Assembly (NCBI GenBank): GCA_964426185.1
Contig: CAYRPF010000050.1
Span: 15,159-23,817, forward strand
Length of the DNA stretch: 8,659 nt
Reading direction: 5' to 3'
From: an uncultured archaeon
GTDB lineage: Archaea; Asgardarchaeota; Lokiarchaeia; Sigyniarchaeales; Promethearchaeaceae
Shown here: piece after piece, positions 1-5,390 of the stretch
Numbering within the stretch: position 1 is the stretch's first letter
How the letters are laid out: each line of letters begins with the position of its first letter
Program-made: the position numbers and the translations under genes
Notes under the pieces: model-generated
The model's database searches: none
What the model saw: the letters and a program-made list of their open reading frames with translations, nothing else
What the model was told of the DNA's origin: nothing

Positions 1-3
1 AGT

Positions 4-819
4 TTACGTTTTTGGAAAATTCTGAAGTAAATACCATTCGATTAACTTACAAATTATAGTTGTTTGCTCAATTAATAAGTTATGTCCAGCACGATCTATT
101 ATGAAATATGAAATTTGTGGGAACTTCTCGATTATTGAAAAATGATCTTGATAACCCACCGTGCTATCTTGTTTTCCCAACAACATCAGTAAAGGGAAAG
201 AATATAACTTCGAGGAGGAATCTATTGAAACTGATAATCGATAATTTTCTCGGAATAATTGTGAGACGAATGGTTTATTGACTGTTTGGTATGCTGAATA
301 AATTAATTTAGAGAATTTTGCCCAATTTTCAGCCGAAATAACTGTAGTACTTCTAAGATATTCTTTCAACTCAGATGGAGTTAGAGTGTTTCGAAATCCC
401 GGTGTTTCAGAAATTATTTGGCTGGAAGGTAAGGTCCGTTTAGATAATTCTGGAATCACAACCGGACATATTAGAATTGAACCCAGAATCTGAGAAGATA
501 AACGAAAAATTAACCCTTGGGCTAAATAACCTCCATAACTCTCTCCTACAAGTAGAAATGGTTTAGTTCCAATCGTATTCTTGATGAAAATTTCCAATAG
601 TGCTAAAATATCATCTGAACTATGAATTTTTGGAAGAATCGGGGTATTTCCCATTCCAGGTAGATCAAGATAAATTCGTTGAAACGATAATTGTGGGTGT
701 GATTTAAAAAAGGGTTCAAAAATTAGAGAAAGTGTACGGTGATCCACTCCTAAACCATGTATAAATATGATCGGTATTCCTTGCCCTATTTTCTCAAACC
801 AGATTGATTTAGTTAGCAT
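4..819 (-). CDS. Alpha/beta-fold serine hydrolase (Abhydrolase_1-like), substrate unknown
   Basis: 271 aa ORF. Oxyanion motif FIHGLG, D-L-P-G-M-G motif, nucleophile elbow GESYG (S94), acid in GKQD (D218) and His in AGH (H246) give a complete Ser-Asp-His triad. GTGAG RBS-like sequence about 8 nt upstream of the ATG. Confidence 0.92.
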   Translation of the reverse strand: MLTKSIWFEKIGQGIPIIFIHGLGVDHRTLSLIFEPFFKSHPQLSFQRIYLDLPGMGNTPILPKIHSSDDILALLEIFIKNTIGTKPFLLVGESYGGYLAQGLIFRLSSQILGSILICPVVIPELSKRTLPSSQIISETPGFRNTLTPSELKEYLRSTTVISAENWAKFSKLIYSAYQTVNKPFVSQLFRENYRLSVSIDSSSKLYSFPLLMLLGKQDSTVGYQDHFSIIEKFPQISYFIIDRAGHNLLIEQTTIICKLIEWYLLQNFPKT

Positions 820-857
820 GGATTTTTCTCACAAAATAAAAATATGCGAGCGAATAT

Positions 858-2138
858 TTAACTCTGAATTATTTGCGATAAAACTAAACTTAGCTCGCCC
901 AAATTATATGGCTTCTTTAGCACGCCGCTATATCCATATTTTTTATAATTGCTGAATATGGGATCATCAATAAAACCGCTTGAAACTATCGCTTTTATCT
1001 GATTATCAAGGTTTTTCAAGATTAAGGAACCAAATTCACCCGCACCGCCGATTTCAGAAAAATCTAAAATAACAGCATTGAATGGATTTTCTTTTTCTTT
1101 ATGATTTCGATATTTTTGTAAAGCATCTATGAAATTTCTTGCCAATTCTACTTGATAGCCTAATCGAGTAATCATTTTTCTTGCTGTATCTAAAATTGAT
1201 TCATCATCATCCATCAACAAAACTTTTCCTTGTCCCAAGACTAAAGTGTGGGGTTTTTTCGATAAATTTTGTGAAGTTTCTTCTTCTAGCGCATTGTTAC
1301 TCATGTTTGAGATATTTTTTAATTCACTCGCAGATGACGCGGTTCCAATAGATTTAGAAATATTGAGTAATTGAGAGATTAAATTACGAGCTTTAAGACA
1401 AGCTTGTTCTGCTTCCTCTAAACTCTCATATGTATCAGTATTTTCAGCAACATCCAGTTTCGATAAATTAATATTGCCCAAAATTGTTGATAATACATTG
1501 TTCAAAGTATGTCCTAAAGTTCTCCCCACACTACTAAAAACACCTATTTTTTGTTTTAATTGAATATTTTTTTGTTCTAATTGATTCTCGTTAGATATGG
1601 TAAATGCTCCCGTTTTTGCTCCTGTTTTGGGCAATTTTGGTTTTAATTCATGGATTTGTATTGAATCTCCGTTTTTTAATCGATGTGAGTTATTTTTCTG
1701 AGTTTTTAACCATTCATGGTCAACTTCAAACAGAATTTGTAGAAATTGCTCTTCAACGATTCCATCATCTTGTTGAATTTCATTAATTTTTGTTAAATTA
1801 CTCTCAAAATAGTATTCAAGCATCCGATTCATTACCGCAATAGGGATTTCATCCGGAGATTCTTTATCTGCAATTACAACAAATAAATCTTTATTTGCGT
1901 TTTTTTCAAGTAAGATCTTGTAGTGAGTAAATTCTATATAGTGAATAGGATCATCATTAAAGAAGACCTCGCTGGAAGAACTAATTGCACTGAAAAAGCC
2001 TGAAAAAAACAGTTCATTGATATTCCATATTTCATTTGCATTTTCGGGAGAAAACCAACTAAAAAATGGTACTCCAGATGAGCGGATCCATAAAAATCCG
2101 TATAAATATCTAGCAATATGAGTATTTAATAGATTCAA
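858..2138 (-). CDS. Signal-transduction protein: N-terminal longin-like domain + HisKA (DHp) + C-terminal receiver domain; no HATPase_c domain
   Basis: 426 aa. TTG start, with an in-frame TAA two codons upstream and a GTGAT RBS-like sequence 7 nt upstream. aa ~195-263 GVFSSVGRTLGHTLNNVLSTILGNINLS...LEEAEQACLKARNLISQLLNISK matches the hybrid-kinase H-box pattern LAGGIAHDFNNILT.ILGN..L...QLL.FS (H210). aa ~303-424 is a receiver domain: VLLMDDD, VILD359, IVSSG, KP (K409). aa ~11-140 resembles Asgard longin-type domains (WIRSSGVPFFS...LFFSGFFSAISS...LFVVIAD). The REC and HisKA calls are firm; the longin call is less certain. Confidence 0.85.
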   Translation of the reverse strand: MNLLNTHIARYLYGFLWIRSSGVPFFSWFSPENANEIWNINELFFSGFFSAISSSSEVFFNDDPIHYIEFTHYKILLEKNANKDLFVVIADKESPDEIPIAVMNRMLEYYFESNLTKINEIQQDDGIVEEQFLQILFEVDHEWLKTQKNNSHRLKNGDSIQIHELKPKLPKTGAKTGAFTISNENQLEQKNIQLKQKIGVFSSVGRTLGHTLNNVLSTILGNINLSKLDVAENTDTYESLEEAEQACLKARNLISQLLNISKSIGTASSASELKNISNMSNNALEEETSQNLSKKPHTLVLGQGKVLLMDDDESILDTARKMITRLGYQVELARNFIDALQKYRNHKEKENPFNAVILDFSEIGGAGEFGSLILKNLDNQIKAIVSSGFIDDPIFSNYKKYGYSGVLKKPYNLGELSLVLSQIIQS

Positions 2139-2190
2139 GAATTATATCACAATGATCAGGCTTTTCTAACCACAATTAAAGTAGGTTAGT

Positions 2191-2203
2191 TATTTATATA
2201 TAT
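2191..2203 (-). promoter_or_regulatory. Possible archaeal TATA box for the longin-HisKA-REC gene
   Basis: The minus strand reads ATATATATAAATA about 55-65 nt upstream of the TTG at 2138. The AT-rich background makes this weak. Confidence 0.3.
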
Positions 2204-2239
2204 CGACCTTATTGTATTCTTTCTAATAAAATATCCAAC

Positions 2240-2257
2240 AAAAATAAAAAAAAGAAA
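2240..2257 (-). terminator. Archaeal-type oligo-T terminator after the CMD gene
   Basis: The minus strand directly after the TAA reads TTTCTTTTTTTTATTTTT. Confidence 0.5.
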
Positions 2258-2617
2258 TTATAATCCTAAATCATCAAGTGAACGGATAACATCTTCAAAA
2301 TACATCAATCCTGGACCTCCCGACATTAAAACCACAACCTCACACGCTTCTATAATTTCTTGTCGGGTAGCTCCTAAATCCACCGCATTTTTAACATGCC
2401 AAACAATACAGCGTTCACATTGAGCTTTCACAGAGATTGCAATACCGATAATTTCTTTAAATTTTGCGCTCAAAGCTCCGCTTTTTTTGCTCAAACGCAT
2501 GAATTTTCCAAAGCTTTGCATCCATTCGGGATCAATTTGACCTAAATTTTTCATATGATCGTTTGTTTTTCCCAATATTTCTTTGGTTAAGTTAGAGTTA
2601 GAAGTATTTTCACTCAT
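2258..2617 (-). CDS. Carboxymuconolactone decarboxylase / AhpD-like protein with redox CxxC motif
   Basis: 119 aa. GALSAKFKEIIGIAISVKAQCERCIVWHVKNAVDLGATRQEIIEA...LMSGGP is the CMD/AhpD core pattern E-x11-CxxC-xxx-H. Confidence 0.92.
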   Translation of the reverse strand: MSENTSNSNLTKEILGKTNDHMKNLGQIDPEWMQSFGKFMRLSKKSGALSAKFKEIIGIAISVKAQCERCIVWHVKNAVDLGATRQEIIEACEVVVLMSGGPGLMYFEDVIRSLDDLGL

Positions 2618-2655
2618 ATCTAAATATGATGGAATTTCATAAAAAACCTATGGAC

Positions 2656-2663
2656 TTTATAAA
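2656..2663. promoter_or_regulatory. Possible TATA box (TTTATAAA) in the divergent intergenic region
   Basis: Canonical, self-complementary archaeal TATA octamer about 40-46 nt upstream of the CMD start codon. Confidence 0.3.
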
Positions 2664-2725
2664 ATAAAGCGAAGCGATTAAATTATATTTAGTATAAGTG
2701 AATATTTTAAAAACTACAATATTTT

Positions 2726-2751
2726 CTTTGTGTACATTAATGTACATAAAG
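2726..2751. promoter_or_regulatory. Palindromic putative transcription-factor operator between the divergent CMD and decarboxylase genes
   Basis: CTTTG-TGTACATTAATGTACA-TAAAG: a perfect 16-bp palindrome (2731-2746) that extends to 26 bp with one mismatched pair. A second dyad, GTTCT-TATG-AGAAC (2752-2765), follows immediately. Confidence 0.6.
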
Positions 2752-2818
2752 GTTCTTATGAGAACTAACTATTTCTTCCTATAGTATTTACAAACTCTTA
2801 TTAAAAAATGAACTGATT

Positions 2819-3952
2819 ATGGAAGCTGCTACCTTTTTTAATCTAATTCGGGAAAAAAACATAAATTTTTTTACGGGCGTCCCTGATTCTACTTTACAAG
2901 CGGCTATTAATTTTCTTAACACAGATCTTGCCCGCGATTCCAACGTGATCCATATCCGTGCGGTAAATGAATGTGAATCGATTGCATTATCAGCAGGATA
3001 TTTTTTAGGAACAAACCAAATTGGGATGGTATATATGCAGAATTCTGGATTAGGCAAAGCTGTGAATCCTCTTACTTCTTTGGTCGATCCTCAAGTTTTT
3101 TCCATTCCAATTCTTCTTCTTATCGGTTGGCGTGGGGAACCCGGTAAGCCAGATGATCCCCAACATATGAAAATGGGACAAGTTATGCTTCCCATATTAA
3201 ATGATTTGGAAATTCCTTATTCAATCCTTGAAAATGATGAAAAAGATCTAGAAATTAAATTGAACACCGCTTTAAGATCTATGAAAGAACGTTCGGCGCC
3301 CTATGCTCTGATATGTACCAAAGAATTCTTTGACCCTTATCCAGATAATTCTGAAAATACCTATCACAGCGATTTAACATGTGAACTTGCAATTGATCAT
3401 ATCTTAAACACTTTTCCTTCAGATACAGCGATAATTTCTACCACGGGAAGAATTTCGCGAGCGTTGTATCATCTTCGTGCTAAAAGAAATGAAAAACATC
3501 GAGAATTTTATACTTTAGGTTCCATGGGCTGTGCTTCGGCTATTGGTTTAGGTTTATCAAAATCATTGGAAGCAGTAGGGAAACGCATTTTGGTAATTGA
3601 TGGAGATGGAGCGGCATTGATGCAATTAGGTCATTTTTCCTCTATCGGAAATCAAGCACCTCAAAATTTCTATCATATTCTCATCGATAACAATTCCTAT
3701 TGCTCCACTGGATGTCAACCTTCTATTTCAGAATCAGTGGATTTCGCCGCGGTGGCAAAAGCTTGTGGATATCGTTATGCACTTACCGTTGATTTGGAGA
3801 AATTCTTGAAATCTGAACTACCATGCTTTTTGGAAACGGTAGGGCCTTCACTTTTGGTAATTAAGGTCAAACGGGGTAGAAAAAAATACCTTCACCGCCT
3901 GCAATCGCCTCTAGAATACAAGAAAAACTTTCAAATCCATTTAAATCTATAG
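2819..3952 (+). CDS. aepY: TPP-dependent phosphonopyruvate decarboxylase-like enzyme (Ppd/AepY clade; possibly acting as a fused ComDE-type sulfopyruvate decarboxylase)
   Basis: 377 aa fused PYR+PP domains. Ppd-type motifs FFTGVPDS, NE (E51), VYMQNSGLG.AVNPL.SL, IP.LLLIGWRGEPG..D.PQH, STTG..SR, GSMG.AS.IGLG, and TPP motif DGDGAALM...DN. The family is secure; the substrate is not. Confidence 0.85.
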   Translation: MEAATFFNLIREKNINFFTGVPDSTLQAAINFLNTDLARDSNVIHIRAVNECESIALSAGYFLGTNQIGMVYMQNSGLGKAVNPLTSLVDPQVFSIPILLLIGWRGEPGKPDDPQHMKMGQVMLPILNDLEIPYSILENDEKDLEIKLNTALRSMKERSAPYALICTKEFFDPYPDNSENTYHSDLTCELAIDHILNTFPSDTAIISTTGRISRALYHLRAKRNEKHREFYTLGSMGCASAIGLGLSKSLEAVGKRILVIDGDGAALMQLGHFSSIGNQAPQNFYHILIDNNSYCSTGCQPSISESVDFAAVAKACGYRYALTVDLEKFLKSELPCFLETVGPSLLVIKVKRGRKKYLHRLQSPLEYKKNFQIHLNL

Positions 3953-3960
3953 GCGTTTGA

Positions 3961-3968
3961 TATATAAG
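3961..3968 (+). promoter_or_regulatory. Possible TATA box for a leaderless transcript of the marker-16 gene
   Basis: TATATAAG lies at -30 to -23 relative to ATG 3991, the spacing expected for leaderless archaeal mRNA. There is no obvious RBS in the 38-bp gap. Confidence 0.4.
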
Positions 3969-3990
3969 AAACTAACACAAAATTAATACT

Positions 3991-5253
3991 ATGAAAACGC
4001 GCACCTTGGACGAAATCCAGCGGAAAATTGAAGGTAAACAAGCTACCATCTTAACAGCCCAAGAAATTTTAGACGGTATGGCAGATGGAAAAACATATGA
4101 ATTTGAAGATGTTGATGTTGTAACAACGGCCACAAAAGGAATTATGTCTGGCACTTCTCTTATTCTTTCCTTTCAAATCGCTGAACCGCGCGTTTTCTCC
4201 AAAGTTAAGTCAATCATGTTGAACGGAATCGAAGCATATCCTGGTCCAGCGCCTAATGAATTCTTGGGAATTGTTGATTTGGTTATGTATGGCACGCAAA
4301 AGAGTCATAATAATCCAAACTATGGGGGTGGTCATCTCTTTAGGGATTTGCTTGAGCGTAAACCAATTCATGTATGTGGAAAATCCGTTGAGGGAGATAA
4401 TTTTGATTTGACAATTACTTTGGATGACATCCCATTTGCTCAAATGTTGGGAACTCGACATGCTTTTCGGAATTACAATGCATTCATTAACCCTAGTAAT
4501 AATTTGGTTGATTCTATTTTTTCGATTACTGGATTGGCTCCAAATAATCAAGAAATTTCTTTTTGTGGCTGCGGTGGTTTAAATCCTCTTGAAAACGACC
4601 CTGAACTGAAAACATTACATCTTGGAACACCCATTTCTGTAAATGGTGCAATTGGACATATCATCAATACTGGAACGCGTTCTTCTCCAAATCGGCCTAA
4701 TTTAATGACTTTGGCTCCCTTAAAATCAATGAAACCAGAATTCTTGGGAGGATTTAAAACTTCTAATGGACCAGAAGTTATTTGTACCATTGGTGTCCCA
4801 ATTCCAGTTCTATCCGAACAAATTTTGAAGCAGATTCTGAGAACCGAGTCAAAAATACCCTTGAATATTGTTGATATTGTGGGCAGGGAGAAAATTGGCG
4901 AGACAAATTATGCGGAAGCGTGGAAAGGGGATTGGAATATTACCTGGTCAAAGGAACAATGTTATTCCTGTGATTTTCAAAACGGATGCCCTGTTGAAGT
5001 TAAATGTCCCACAAATTGCTTTTCCGTAATTTTCGGCATTGATAAACGCTACTGTTTCAACTGTGGAGCTTGTTTGCGTATTTGTCCCCATTCTGCATTT
5101 AAAGGTGATTTAGGCATGATACCTTATCAGAATCGCAAAATACCGATAACTTTACGCCAGTCGGATCGAATTGGGGCCATTCGAATGATGAACACTTTAA
5201 AACGAGATATATTAAAAGGTGACTTTTCTTTGGTTCAAAAATACGATTTTTAA
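3991..5253 (+). CDS. Methanogenesis marker 16 metalloprotein (ComF / coenzyme M synthase-like; DUF39/HcyBio domain + 2x[4Fe-4S] ferredoxin domain)
   Basis: 420 aa. DUF39-family motifs RTLDEI..KI....A.ILTA.E, DVDVVTTAT.GIMSGT, LNG.EAYPGP.PNE.LG.VDL..YGT, YGGGHLFRDL, GCG.LNPLENDP, GTRSS..RPNL, GGF.TS.GPE, IPITLRQSDR. Internal ferredoxin C324-x2-C-x5-C-x5-CP and C355-x2-C-x2-C-x3-CP. No CBS domains and no TGTFG.MCSSG motif, which separates it from the homocysteine-forming aspartate-semialdehyde sulfurtransferase paralog. Confidence 0.88.
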   Translation: MKTRTLDEIQRKIEGKQATILTAQEILDGMADGKTYEFEDVDVVTTATKGIMSGTSLILSFQIAEPRVFSKVKSIMLNGIEAYPGPAPNEFLGIVDLVMYGTQKSHNNPNYGGGHLFRDLLERKPIHVCGKSVEGDNFDLTITLDDIPFAQMLGTRHAFRNYNAFINPSNNLVDSIFSITGLAPNNQEISFCGCGGLNPLENDPELKTLHLGTPISVNGAIGHIINTGTRSSPNRPNLMTLAPLKSMKPEFLGGFKTSNGPEVICTIGVPIPVLSEQILKQILRTESKIPLNIVDIVGREKIGETNYAEAWKGDWNITWSKEQCYSCDFQNGCPVEVKCPTNCFSVIFGIDKRYCFNCGACLRICPHSAFKGDLGMIPYQNRKIPITLRQSDRIGAIRMMNTLKRDILKGDFSLVQKYDF

Positions 5254-5340
5254 GAATGATATCCGATTTCTTCTGTTGAGAATTTGCGATATCAACACAT
5301 AATTTTCTCAATTTAATAATTTTTTATGCAAATAATTATT

Positions 5341-5370
5341 TATTCTTATCAATTCTTATCAATTATTATC
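5341..5370 (+). repeat. Three tandem 10-bp direct repeats upstream of the MFS gene
   Basis: TATTCTTATC AATTCTTATC AATTATTATC (consensus AATTCTTATC). Confidence 0.7.
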
Positions 5371-5390
5371 TACAAAAATGAGTGATATTA

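Noticed and set aside
1230-1350. Frameshifted or pseudogenised HATPase domain hidden between HisKA and REC
   Set aside because: Only about 120 bp separate the domains, too short for a catalytic domain, and the reading frame is continuous.
1605-1628. 12-bp tandem duplication encoding KTGA-KTGA
   Set aside because: Real, but only two imperfect copies in a linker; most likely a neutral slippage event.
767-2116. Short ORFs 767-955 (+), 1604-1786 (+) and 1934-2116 (-)
   Set aside because: They overlap well-supported genes antisense or out of frame and have no recognisable motifs.
3991-5253. Annotation as L-aspartate semialdehyde sulfurtransferase (homocysteine biosynthesis, DUF39-CBS)
   Set aside because: Same superfamily, but it lacks the TGTFG.MCSSG motif and CBS domains and has the GIMSGT / GP.PNE.LG / internal ferredoxin / LRQSDR features of marker 16. 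Residual homocysteine activity cannot be excluded.
2819-5253. Concluding that the organism is a methanogen, or that this is a phosphonate (AEP/antibiotic) gene cluster
   Set aside because: No mcr, mtr or other methanogenesis genes, and no PEP mutase, AEP transaminase or NTP transferase, are present in the window.
2788-5311. Minus-strand ORFs 2788-3057, 3972-4154, 4210-4551, 4548-4790 and 5099-5311
   Set aside because: Antisense shadows of the decarboxylase and marker-16 genes.
5274-5311. Overlapping short inverted repeats TGTTGA...TCAACA and TTGAGAA...TTCTCAA after the marker-16 gene
   Set aside because: Arms are only 6-7 bp with long spacers in AT-rich DNA; not distinguishable from chance.
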